Assembly: GCA_046538485.1 (NCBI GenBank)
Contig: JBKHIT010000078.1
Location: forward strand, 1 to 19,259
Direction: 5' to 3'
DNA length: 19,259 bases
Origin: Candidatus Brocadiia bacterium
GTDB taxonomy: Bacteria; Planctomycetota; Brocadiia; SM23-32
In this document: one piece after another, positions 8,001 to 16,550 of the stretch
How positions within the stretch are numbered: position 1 is the stretch's first letter
Layout of the letters: every line of letters starts with the position of its first letter
Position numbers and translations under genes: made by a program
The notes under the pieces: model-generated
What the model was told of the DNA's origin: nothing
What the model saw: the letters and a program-made list of their open reading frames with translations, nothing else
The model's database searches: none

Positions 8001-8454
8001 CCAGATTGAGATCCTTCGTGCCGCGCAGTGCGAACCCGGCACACCGGCCCTGCCGCGAACGGAAAAACATCACGCCATGGTGCGTAAAGCAGTGAAAGCC
8101 GCGGCCAGGCAGGAGAAATCGGTGGGCGGACAGCTGGGCAGTCCACGGAGCGCCCGGTTCCGGGTCTATGAACGTCTCAAAGAATACCTGGACGAGGTTG
8201 AGGATACGTTGTTTGAACCCGCCCAGTTGCGTAAAGCACTTGAACATGTGTACCGACATCCGTTGCGACAGGCCGCAACAGACACCCTCAACCGACAGCT
8301 CCGGTCCGGTATTGACGATGACGGCCTTGCGCGACTTGTTGTGGATCTGTATGAAGAGGAACGCCTGTGTGTCGCTGAAGACGAAGAGCGGGAACGTAGA
8401 GAACCACAGATAATCTGTTCAATGGGTTTGACCCAGAATGATCAGGAGGACTAA
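5083..8454 (+). CDS. PLD-family (single HxK) nuclease fused to SNF2-type SF2 helicase/translocase; probable restriction subunit
   Basis: N-terminal VGYFNL, RLHAKVY (H139/K141) and GSSNLT..GL..QGELN of PLD nucleases. Helicase motifs: DVTGLGKT (I), IIDESHNLRN (II), LSATP (III), KVLVFTQF (IV), VATDVLSEGQNLQ..NFDLPW (V), QRAGRVDRIG (VI). 1123 aa. Confidence 0.9.
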   Translation: MPRIFDNIDLSLLPALQNTLDVSERADFCVGYFNLRGWKSLADYVDEWSGGDSACCRILIGMQTAPRELVRQVMQPGGGEKDIDNNTASKLKKQLAEEFRQQLTYGVPTNEDEKALQKLAHQIETGRVKVKLFLRHRLHAKVYVLFRNDAINPIVGYLGSSNLTFSGLSHQGELNVDVLDNDACNKLAQWFEDRWKDRWCVDISDELIDILRESWAREDLVPPYHIYLKIAYHLSQEARTGLDEFQIPADFGDRLFDFQKAAVKIAAHHLNRRGGVLLGDVTGLGKTLMATALARIFEDDFGFSTLILCPKNLVPMWKDYSREYRMHGPKVLSTSLAIRDLPDLRRYRLVIIDESHNLRNREGKRYRAIREYIRENDSKCILLSATPYNKSYLDLSNQLRLFMDEEEDLGIRPDNLIRDIGEVEFMRRHQCPVRSLAAFEHSEFPDDWRELMRLFLVRRTRTFVKENYAKEDQNGRKYLLVENGDRAYFPERIPKTAGFKADKSDPTDTYAQFFSDEVVDTVNDLSLPRYGVGNYVKESPEPSPNDDEKRIICNLSKAGPRLKGFCRTNLFKRLESSGYAFLQSVARHILRNHVYLHALKTGNPVPIGTQDAAFLDPARYDQDRDIGAGEEGDEDMDGQESQDIPRTWQGYEDLAERIYGQYRSQQRNRFDWLRSDLFTRELADDLRADARALFSIIDQYGDWDPDNDAKLNRLHELLSGEHGGSKVLVFTQFADTVSYLEENLQERGLSRLAGVTGSSDDPTKLAYRFSPESNNKDIPPEEQLRVLVATDVLSEGQNLQDCNIVVNFDLPWALVRLVQRAGRVDRIGQDAPSVWCYSFMPADGVEEIINLRSRVVTRLHENGEVLGADEQFFEGEGERQIVDLFHEKSGILDDDPDSEVDLASRAYQIWHNAIEDDPALKKEVTNLPAVVYGTRPHQPTEETPEGVLAYMKTALGTDALSWVDTDGNVVSESQIEILRAAQCEPGTPALPRTEKHHAMVRKAVKAAARQEKSVGGQLGSPRSARFRVYERLKEYLDEVEDTLFEPAQLRKALEHVYRHPLRQAATDTLNRQLRSGIDDDGLARLVVDLYEEERLCVAEDEERERREPQIICSMGLTQNDQED

Positions 8455-8457
8455 CCG

Positions 8458-11400
8458 ATGCCGTTGGATTTTTCCCGAATGCGCAATCTGGTTGAGAACT
8501 TCGATTTCGAACGTATTTTCATCGAAGAACTCGGTTGGGATCGCCTTACCGCAACTCTTTCCATCGAGATCGATGATCATCATCACGAGCTTACTGCGGT
8601 CGCCGAAAAACGCGGCATGGTGGTTCTACTGTCAAATTGCGATGATGACGGGCGAATCCCGGATTATTCAACGCGTCGCAAGCTCGACCGGCGCATTGCC
8701 AAACGCCACCACGAACACATCGTCATATACACTGATCCCGACGAGACCACCCAGATTTGGCAGTGGGTCAAACGTCAGCCGGGGAAACCCGACCAGAGCC
8801 GTGAACATCGCTACCAGACGAACCAGCCCGGCGACGCGCTGATTCAGAAGCTCCAGACCATCCAGTTCACCCTGGATGAGGAGGAGGAAATTGGTCTGCC
8901 GGATGTGACCACTCGGGTGCAGGCGGCATTCGACGTCGAAAAAGTCACGAAGAAATTCTACGACCACTTTGAATCGGAGCATGAAAAGTTCCTCGGTTTC
9001 ATCGAAGGAATCCCGGACGAGGAACTGGAGCGCTGGTACGCGTCCGTCATGCTCAATCGCCTCATGTTCATCTATTTCGTCCAGAAGAAGGGGTTTCTGG
9101 ACGACGATCCGGACTATCTATCGAACAAATTGGAGGAAAGCAAAGGCCGGGGCCAGAACCTGTATTACCGTGATTTTCTATGTCCCCTGTTTTTCAAAGG
9201 TTTTGCCCGTCCCGAGTCAGACCGCTCTTCCGAGACGAATAATTTACTCGGTGAGGTGCCTTACCTTAACGGAGGGATATTCCAAAAGCACGAGGTGGAG
9301 CAACAACACGGAAAAGAGATTCACGTTCCCGACCGCGCCTTCGAACGGATATTTGAGTTTTTTGACCAGTACAGATGGCACCTTGATGAGCGTCCTCTGC
9401 GGAAAGACAACGAGATCAATCCCGATGTCCTGGGTTACATCTTCGAGAAATACATCAATCAGAAGGAAATGGGGGCCTATTACACCAAAGAGGACATCAC
9501 CGGTTATATCGGGCGCAACACCGTCATCCCACGCATATTTGATAAAGTGCAGGATCAGTGCCGGGTGGCTTTTGAGGGCGAACACTCGGTGTGGGATCTG
9601 CTGCAGGAGAACCCCGACCGCTACATCTACGACGCCATGAAGAAGGGCACCGAACTGGAGCTGCCGCCGGAGGTCGCCGCGGGTATCGATGATGTCTCGC
9701 AGCGTTCGGAATGGAACAAGCCCGCTTCCGATGAATATGCCCTGCCGACCGAGATATGGCGGGAGGTGGTGGATCGGAGGCAGCGATACCAGGAAATTCA
9801 CGACAAACTGACTGCCGGGGAAGTGCGGGACATCAACGACCTAATCACCTACAACCTTGACATCCAGCAGTTTGCGCAGGATGTGGTGGAGAACTGCGAG
9901 GGACCGGATCTGCTCCGGGCATTCTGGAGAACGATCGCCGGCCGGCAGCCGCGGAAGTCCAACGAGAAGTTCTACAGGGGGATAACCGTGCTCGACCCGG
10001 CGTGCGGCTCGGGTGCTTTCCTTTTCGCCGCCCTCAACATCCTGGAACCACTTTATGAGGGGTGTCTGGACCGGATGCAGGCCTTCGTGGGTGAGCTGGA
10101 GGAGTCTCCGGGCGAGCATGACCCGCGGACCTACGAGGATTTCCGGGACGTGCTGGAGAGGATCGACCGCCATCCCAACCGCCGGTATTTCATCCTAAAA
10201 TCCGTCGTACTGAACAATTTGTACGGCGTGGACATCATGGAAGAGGCGGTGGAGATCTGCAAACTGCGCCTGTTTCTCAAACTGGCCGCCCAGGTGGACA
10301 CTGCCGAGAAAATCGAACCACTCCCCGACATCGATTTCAACATCCGCGCCGGTAATACGCTGGTGGGGTTCACATCCCTTGATGAAGTGCGTGATACCGT
10401 GAAGGGACTCGGTTTCGAGCAGGAACAGGTGAATGAGATCGAGGAAGAAGCACGTTTTGCGGACCGCAAGTTCAAGATGTTCCAGCTGATGCAGACCCAG
10501 CAAGGGATGAACAGCGAGGCCTTCCGGCGTTCAAAACGTGAATTGTCCGAGCAGCTTAAATCGCTTGAGGATAAGCTCGATAAACACTTAGCCGGGGAGT
10601 ACGATATTGATCCGGAAGAAGAAGCAGCGTTCCAAAGCTGGAAGTCAACTCACGACCCTTTCCATTGGCTCGTGGATTTTTTTGGGATTGTCAAAAACGG
10701 AGGGTTTGACGTAGTTATCGGAAACCCTCCATATGTTGAATACTCGCAGATAAAGAAAACATACAAGATACGGGACTACAAGACGACCAAGTGCGGGAAT
10801 CTTTATGCGTATATGATGGAACGCAGTATCCATCTACTGCCTCGTAGAGGCCGGTTTGGCATGATTGTCCAGCTACCGGTCATCTGCAGTACCCGCATGC
10901 AAAAAATTCAGAATTACTTACGCAGTAATTGTTCGCCAAATTGGTTTGCCAATTTTGATGACCGACCTGGACGTCTTTTTGATGGTCTCGAACACATTCG
11001 TGCATCCATTGTTCTCGCAAAAAAAGAGAGTCATGCCAATGATTCTTGTTTTCGGACAACCACTTACAATCGGTGGTATACGGAAAACAGACCTTTTCTG
11101 TTTGAGTCACTGAAGTTCAAAGTAACTGAGGATATGAAACTCCGTGGCTCAATACCCAAGATCGGATGTGAAACCGGCAAAAACGTAATGGATAAATTGC
11201 TTGCCTTACCCAACTTGAAAACTTATATAGATGATCAAGGAGAATATGTAGCCTACTATCATAATGCCCCGCAATATTGGGTACGGGCAACCAATTTTGT
11301 GCCGTATTTTTGGAATGAACGAGATGGACATAGTAAATCATCACATGTCAAAGAGCTGAAATTTAACTGTCCGGATAACCGGGACATCGTAACTGCTGTG

Positions 11401-11781
11401 TTAAACAGTTCCCTATTTTATTTTTGGTTTGTGAAAGTGTCTAATTGTCGAGATTTGACAGCACGAGATGTGAAGAGATTTGGCGTTCCACTTGAAAGAC
11501 TGAGTGACAAGGAAACTAAGAGGCTAGTGACTACAACGGAATTGCTAATGTCCGACTACAAAGAGAATTCTACGCGTAAGGAGTGTCGCTATGCGACAAC
11601 GGGGAAAGTTGCATACGATGAATTTCACCCGGGTTTATCGAAAACAATTATGGACAAAATTGACCGACTGCTCGCTGAACCGTATGGAATGAATTCACAA
11701 GAGATAGATTTTGTCAGTAATTACGACATCAAATATCGCTTAGGTTTTGATACATTGAATAGCGAGGAGTGTGATGAATGA
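8458..11781 (+). CDS. Large amino (probably N6-adenine) DNA methyltransferase, gamma class, Eco57I/type IIG-like, with C-terminal target-recognition region
   Basis: GAYYT (motif X), VLDPACGSGAF (motif I, 9994-10020), LYGVDI, NIRAGNTL, FDVVIGNPPY (motif IV, 10723-10734), VPYLNGGIF, LGYIFEK. AGGAGGA RBS. Starts 3 nt after the helicase stop. Confidence 0.92.
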   Translation: MPLDFSRMRNLVENFDFERIFIEELGWDRLTATLSIEIDDHHHELTAVAEKRGMVVLLSNCDDDGRIPDYSTRRKLDRRIAKRHHEHIVIYTDPDETTQIWQWVKRQPGKPDQSREHRYQTNQPGDALIQKLQTIQFTLDEEEEIGLPDVTTRVQAAFDVEKVTKKFYDHFESEHEKFLGFIEGIPDEELERWYASVMLNRLMFIYFVQKKGFLDDDPDYLSNKLEESKGRGQNLYYRDFLCPLFFKGFARPESDRSSETNNLLGEVPYLNGGIFQKHEVEQQHGKEIHVPDRAFERIFEFFDQYRWHLDERPLRKDNEINPDVLGYIFEKYINQKEMGAYYTKEDITGYIGRNTVIPRIFDKVQDQCRVAFEGEHSVWDLLQENPDRYIYDAMKKGTELELPPEVAAGIDDVSQRSEWNKPASDEYALPTEIWREVVDRRQRYQEIHDKLTAGEVRDINDLITYNLDIQQFAQDVVENCEGPDLLRAFWRTIAGRQPRKSNEKFYRGITVLDPACGSGAFLFAALNILEPLYEGCLDRMQAFVGELEESPGEHDPRTYEDFRDVLERIDRHPNRRYFILKSVVLNNLYGVDIMEEAVEICKLRLFLKLAAQVDTAEKIEPLPDIDFNIRAGNTLVGFTSLDEVRDTVKGLGFEQEQVNEIEEEARFADRKFKMFQLMQTQQGMNSEAFRRSKRELSEQLKSLEDKLDKHLAGEYDIDPEEEAAFQSWKSTHDPFHWLVDFFGIVKNGGFDVVIGNPPYVEYSQIKKTYKIRDYKTTKCGNLYAYMMERSIHLLPRRGRFGMIVQLPVICSTRMQKIQNYLRSNCSPNWFANFDDRPGRLFDGLEHIRASIVLAKKESHANDSCFRTTTYNRWYTENRPFLFESLKFKVTEDMKLRGSIPKIGCETGKNVMDKLLALPNLKTYIDDQGEYVAYYHNAPQYWVRATNFVPYFWNERDGHSKSSHVKELKFNCPDNRDIVTAVLNSSLFYFWFVKVSNCRDLTARDVKRFGVPLERLSDKETKRLVTTTELLMSDYKENSTRKECRYATTGKVAYDEFHPGLSKTIMDKIDRLLAEPYGMNSQEIDFVSNYDIKYRLGFDTLNSEECDE

Positions 11782-12575
11782 CACAGAATGAACAAAAACG
11801 CATAGAGCGGGGCCACCTGAATGCTTTTTTGAACGAAATGGGCATCAGTCCACAGGTTCGCCCCGTCGGCGACGATCCGCCGGATTTTCGTTTAAATTTA
11901 GATGAGGATATTGTTGCGGTTGAACACACTGAGTTTCATTCGGACGCGACGGATGCAGACGGGCGACCGCGTCGAGCGACGGAAGAAGACTGGAAGGCCC
12001 TGAGACAAATGATTAGGGACCAACGAGATGGACAGCCGGAGCTGGATAATGTCCTTTGTCGGATACAATTTCGGCGTTTTAGGGTCCCCCGGCGCCGAAA
12101 CCATGCCGCGTTCGCCAATGAACTTGTTGATTTCATTTATGAAAGATTGCAAGAGCTCACTGCAGAAGGGGTTTTTTACGATTACTTTGATGGCTATCCG
12201 TTGTTAAAAAAGTACGTTTCTTTTGTTCAATTAGGCTCCATAGATTTTTACGTCGATTGGGAATGGCTAAATGGTGCAGCTTTCGTTGGACTCACCGAGG
12301 ACGAGCTGAGCGGTGCTATCGATCCAAAACTCGATGTTGACCGTCCCCCGGATGTCGACGAGAACTGGCTGTTGGTCGTCTGTGGTCTCAATTTGTCGCA
12401 GGATCCTGGGAACCCGAGTGTGTCGGAGATGAATGATTACACCGAACTTAACCGCGATCTTGCCGATGGACCATATGACAGAATTTATTTCTACGAACGA
12501 ATGCACAGCCAAATTCTGCAGTGGTCAAATGAATCGGGCTGGCGGGCAATTGTAGAGCGAGACAGGTCAGCGTAA
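11778..12575 (+). CDS. Hypothetical protein with a PD-(D/E)xK-like restriction-endonuclease-fold motif
   Basis: 265 aa. ATGA overlap with the MTase stop. N-terminal helix with Glu, then DPPDF-x-VAVEHTEF (PD36-x12-E49-x-T). The fold assignment is an inference from the motif only. Confidence 0.6.
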   Translation: MTQNEQKRIERGHLNAFLNEMGISPQVRPVGDDPPDFRLNLDEDIVAVEHTEFHSDATDADGRPRRATEEDWKALRQMIRDQRDGQPELDNVLCRIQFRRFRVPRRRNHAAFANELVDFIYERLQELTAEGVFYDYFDGYPLLKKYVSFVQLGSIDFYVDWEWLNGAAFVGLTEDELSGAIDPKLDVDRPPDVDENWLLVVCGLNLSQDPGNPSVSEMNDYTELNRDLADGPYDRIYFYERMHSQILQWSNESGWRAIVERDRSA

Positions 12576-12613
12576 AAGCGAATCGCAGATTTAGTAGGGA
12601 GGAACGCAGAACC

Positions 12614-13300
12614 TTGTCGGAGAAAGACTCAAATACCGAAATAAACCTGACTCATCTTTCCCGGACGGACGCCTTATGGCCGACCGACGTGCAAGAATGC
12701 TTGAAGGGCGATACACCATCTGTGATTTACGCCAGGGGCATAACAGAAATCATCAGCGGCCGCAAAATGGCGTTGTTTTCCTCCCGACAGGTTCCGGGTA
12801 TGCCTATTTCTCGGACATACGATTTGATGCGGGGACTCCAGGATGCGAGCATTCGCGTTACCGGAGGTTTCCACAGTCCGATGGAAAGGGAGTCCCTCGA
12901 CATATTATTGCGTGGCGAACAACCGGTGATCGTCTGCCCCGCACGAACCATCGATCCATACCAAATCCCCAACAAATGGCAAAAGGCGGTGAATAACGGG
13001 CAAATGCTTCTTCTGTCGCCATTCGAGAGCAAACACCGCCACCAGACCAGGGAACTGGCCCGGAAACGCAACGAGTTCGTCGCCGCCCTGGCCGACCTCG
13101 TCGTAATCGCCTACGCCGAACCCGGCGGCATGACGGAAGACATCGCCCGCCAGGCACTCGAATGGGGAAAACCCACTGTCACATTCGATATTGATGACAA
13201 TCAGAATTTGGCGGAAATGGATGTGGAACGTATGGGAGTAAAAGAGATTTTGGCACACACTACAGATTTCCAACAAACGGCGGAGCGAGATATGCGATGA
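12614..13300 (+). CDS. Short DprA/Smf-like (SLOG superfamily Rossmann-fold) protein
   Basis: PSVIYARG, MALFSSR, VTGGFHSPME, LLLSPF, ARKRNEFVAALADLVVIAYAEPGGMT..ARQALEWGKP match the DprA core. No N-terminal SAM or C-terminal winged-helix domain. TTG start with GGGAGG RBS. Confidence 0.8.
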   Translation: MSEKDSNTEINLTHLSRTDALWPTDVQECLKGDTPSVIYARGITEIISGRKMALFSSRQVPGMPISRTYDLMRGLQDASIRVTGGFHSPMERESLDILLRGEQPVIVCPARTIDPYQIPNKWQKAVNNGQMLLLSPFESKHRHQTRELARKRNEFVAALADLVVIAYAEPGGMTEDIARQALEWGKPTVTFDIDDNQNLAEMDVERMGVKEILAHTTDFQQTAERDMR

Positions 13301-13419
13301 AACCATCCTATTCCTTGGGAGGGACCGGCATCGGCGATTAGTCACGGGCGGGAAGCCAACGACTTTCTGAAACTCAGGAGCCCTTGGGCACTTTTGGATG
13401 TAGTGATACGAACTTTAGT

Positions 13420-13450
13420 TGTTATTATGCTCCAATGTCATTTCTGGAGG
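13420..13450 (+). promoter_or_regulatory. Possible extended -10 promoter and RBS for the PHP-ATPase gene
   Basis: TG-t-TATTAT at 13420-13428 and GGAGG at 13446-13450. No convincing -35. Confidence 0.3.
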
Positions 13451-13454
13451 CCTT

Positions 13455-16400
13455 ATGTCTACGTATCGACGCGGATCAGTGTGGCGAAAATGGGACCTTC
13501 ATGTTCACACCCCATATTCTGTGCTCTGCAACAATTTTGCGGGGTCATCCCGAGATGAGCAGTTAGACAATTATGTCGACCGTCTTGAAGAATTGGATGA
13601 TGTCTCAGTGTTGGGGCTGACTGATTACTATACTATTGATGGATATTTCCGGGTTAAGGAGCAGAAGGAGCAAGGTAGGCTGGACAATATAGATTTGCTA
13701 ATGCCAAATCTGGAATTACGTGTGCTACCTGTCACAAACGTGGGAAATCCCCTTAATCTTCACATTCTTTTTGCCCCGGACATTGCCCATGAGGTCGAAA
13801 ATCGGTTCCTGTCGGAGTTGACTTTCGAATATCAGCAGTCTACGTATCACTGTACACGCCCAGAACTGATCCGGCTGGGCCAAGACTACCAGGGGAATGA
13901 TGGGTTGGACGAGAGGGCGGCATTTCGTGTCGGTGCCGAACAGTTCAAGGTCAAATGCCAGGATATCAAAGAGATTGTGCGTTCTAATGCCGACCTGCGT
14001 GAGCAAACCCTTATCGGCATTCCGAATAGTAGCTACGACGGCGCGTCCGGCTTCCAGTCCTCGAGCCTCACAGCTACTAGGCGAGATCTGTACCAGATGG
14101 CAGATTTTATTTTCAGTGGCAATCCCAACGATCGAAAGTACTTTCTGGGGCGGGGACCGGACGATGTGGAAGAAGTCGAGGCAAGATATGGAAACCTCAA
14201 GCCATGTCTTCACGGTTCAGATGCTCATAGCCTCGATGCAATATGTCAACCGGATCTTGGACGGTTTACCTGGATCAAAGCTGATCCCACATTCGACGGT
14301 CTTTGCCAGGTAATGATAGAGCCCGAAAGTCGAGTCTACATTGGAGAGGAACCTCCTCTTCTGGAACGGATTCGAAAGAATCCTACAAAACACATTGATT
14401 CGGTACAAATTAGAAAACGCGATGAAAGTGATTTGGAGGAAAGTTGGTTTGACCAGCATATCGATATCAATCCAGGATTGACCGCCGTAATTGGTCCAAA
14501 GGGTAGTTGTAAGACCGCGCTTGCTGACATTATTGCCCTCCTTGGAAATTCCCACAGTTCCTCTTTTGGTTTTCTGAATGAAGAAAAGTTTAAAAGACCG
14601 CCCTCCAACAAAGCGCAACATTTCGAAGGAAGTATCCGCTGGGTTAGTAATGCGCAATCTCAGAGACGCCTTCATGAAGATGCAGACCCCGATGCCCCTG
14701 AACGGGTCAAATACCTTCCACAGGAATATTTTGAAAAGATTTGCAACGAACTCACTGATGTGGAGGAAAGTGAGTTTGATAGGGAGCTAAAAAATGTCAT
14801 TTTTTCACATATTCCGGACGCGGATAGGTTGGGGGCACAGAATCTTGACGATTTGGCAGAAAGAAAAAGGCAAAGCATCAAAGCGAAAGAAGAAGATAAG
14901 CGGGCAGATCTTCGGAGAACCAATGAACACATAGCAAACCTCGAAAAGCTAACATCATCGGAGCACAAGGACCGAATTGCAAAGAAGTTGCAGCAGAAAA
15001 GAGAAGAATTGGAGGCCCACGTCCAAGCAGAGCCTCAGCCACCCGCGGAGGTAGGGGAGACGAATGATGCGCAGGAATCTCAGACTGCACAAAGGATCGA
15101 ACAACTGCGCGAGTTGCGAAAGAAATACTCAGCGAAAATCGAGGAAGCCACGAACAGGCGGACCTTACTGTCCAATAAATTCGAGTCGCTGTCTGCGTTA
15201 CGAAGTGACGTTCAAAGGTTTGTGAGTCGTTATGATGATTTCCTTAGCGACAATAAGAAAAAAGCCGAAGCCGTTGGCATAGATCTGTCTGATGTGCTCT
15301 CTTTGTCCTACAACCTTTCTTTTGTTGATAATCGAATTTCAGAGGTGGAGTCTCAGCTGGCGGAACTCCGTACTCAACTCGATCCCGACGTGCCTCGCAC
15401 CAAAGCTTATGTGTTGCGAGGTGTAGATGACAAGATCGAGGAGCTACGAGATGACCTTCAGGTCGTTGAGCGTGCCCGAGCAGACTATCGAGAGAATCAC
15501 GAAGAATGGGATCGAAAAAGGGAAGCATTGATTGGGGATGATGACACGCCTGAGACCATTCAGTATTTAAAGAGGCGTCTCGCATATGTCGAAAAAGAAG
15601 CGGAGGAAGAACTTGAGGGCTTCAGGGTCCGGCAGCGAAATCTGTGCGGAGAGATATATGAATTGCTGAGTGAGGAAGCAGATATTTTGCGGGAGCTGTA
15701 CAGGCCTGTCCAGACTTTTATTGCAGACCGGGAAACAGCTTCCGAGCAGTTGGCCATGGAATTTGGGGTGTCAATCGTAGTGGAACATTTTGCTGAAAAG
15801 TTCTTTGCCATGGTCAATCAACAGGCCAAGGGCACATTTCGTGGTATCGACGCAGGTAGACAGCACTTGAGGGGACTTATGGACGAAACAGATTTCAATG
15901 ACAAGCAAAACGTTATCTGCTTTGCCACGAAGGTATACAATCGGCTGCACGCGGACTACAGGGGCCAGAATTCGGAGCAGAAAAAGACGTGTGTACCGGA
16001 CCAACTGACTCAAGATTACGAACCAAATGAAATTTACGATCTTGTCTTTGGGCTCAATTATTTGAGACCAACTTACATGCTCAGTCTTGACGGGAAGTCT
16101 CTGCCAGAATTGTCTCCGGGAGAAAGAGGTGCTTTGTTGCTACTGTTTTTCCTCTTCGTTGACCGTAGTGATATTCCCCTGATTTTGGATCAGCCCGAAG
16201 AAAACCTCGACAACGAAAGCGTATACGAAGTCCTTGTTCCCTGCATCAAGGAAGCTCGAAAACGTCGACAGATTATACTCGTCACCCATAATCCCAATCT
16301 TGCTATTGCCGGTGATGCAGATCAGATTGTTCACGCTAATCTTAAACCGGAAGACGGAAATCGCGTCACGTACACCACGGGGTCCATCGAAGCGTCTAAC

Positions 16401-16478
16401 ATAAACAAATTTGCTCTTGACATATTAGAGGGCACCCGACCAGCGTTCGACAAGAGAGATGCAAAATACATTGATTAG
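13455..16478 (+). CDS. PHP-phosphoesterase domain fused to coiled-coil ABC/SMC-like ATPase (Ppl / TrlF-like anti-phage protein)
   Basis: PHP motifs GSVWRKWDLHVHTP, GLTDYY, NLELR, NLHILF, GSDAH. ATPase motifs: Walker A variant GPKGSCKT, YLPQ, long coiled coil, signature LSPGERG, Walker B PLILDQPEENLDN, H-loop LVTHNPN. ATG 13455 follows a GGAGG RBS (ORF track starts at TTG 13419). Confidence 0.85.
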   Translation: MSTYRRGSVWRKWDLHVHTPYSVLCNNFAGSSRDEQLDNYVDRLEELDDVSVLGLTDYYTIDGYFRVKEQKEQGRLDNIDLLMPNLELRVLPVTNVGNPLNLHILFAPDIAHEVENRFLSELTFEYQQSTYHCTRPELIRLGQDYQGNDGLDERAAFRVGAEQFKVKCQDIKEIVRSNADLREQTLIGIPNSSYDGASGFQSSSLTATRRDLYQMADFIFSGNPNDRKYFLGRGPDDVEEVEARYGNLKPCLHGSDAHSLDAICQPDLGRFTWIKADPTFDGLCQVMIEPESRVYIGEEPPLLERIRKNPTKHIDSVQIRKRDESDLEESWFDQHIDINPGLTAVIGPKGSCKTALADIIALLGNSHSSSFGFLNEEKFKRPPSNKAQHFEGSIRWVSNAQSQRRLHEDADPDAPERVKYLPQEYFEKICNELTDVEESEFDRELKNVIFSHIPDADRLGAQNLDDLAERKRQSIKAKEEDKRADLRRTNEHIANLEKLTSSEHKDRIAKKLQQKREELEAHVQAEPQPPAEVGETNDAQESQTAQRIEQLRELRKKYSAKIEEATNRRTLLSNKFESLSALRSDVQRFVSRYDDFLSDNKKKAEAVGIDLSDVLSLSYNLSFVDNRISEVESQLAELRTQLDPDVPRTKAYVLRGVDDKIEELRDDLQVVERARADYRENHEEWDRKREALIGDDDTPETIQYLKRRLAYVEKEAEEELEGFRVRQRNLCGEIYELLSEEADILRELYRPVQTFIADRETASEQLAMEFGVSIVVEHFAEKFFAMVNQQAKGTFRGIDAGRQHLRGLMDETDFNDKQNVICFATKVYNRLHADYRGQNSEQKKTCVPDQLTQDYEPNEIYDLVFGLNYLRPTYMLSLDGKSLPELSPGERGALLLLFFLFVDRSDIPLILDQPEENLDNESVYEVLVPCIKEARKRRQIILVTHNPNLAIAGDADQIVHANLKPEDGNRVTYTTGSIEASNINKFALDILEGTRPAFDKRDAKYID

Positions 16479-16550
16479 GATGGAAGAAATGATCAGTAAA
16501 CGGTGCGGTTATCACCTCACCCTCCGGTGTCACAACAGAGAGGTCCAGCA

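Noticed and set aside
5113..8259. Long antisense ORFs (5113-6150, 345 aa; 7354-8259, 301 aa), and likewise 661-1485
   Set aside because: These are shadow frames opposite well-supported genes, expected from high-GC codon bias.
5083..11781. Calling the locus DISARM, BREX, or type I/III R-M
   Set aside because: No drmA/drmB, brxC/pglZ/brxL or hsdS/hsdR. The MTase motif order (I before IV, NPPY) is gamma class, unlike the beta-class type III Mod.
12614..13300. Assigning the gene symbol dprA (competence)
   Set aside because: It lacks the accessory domains and canonical motifs, and sits in a defence context rather than a competence one.
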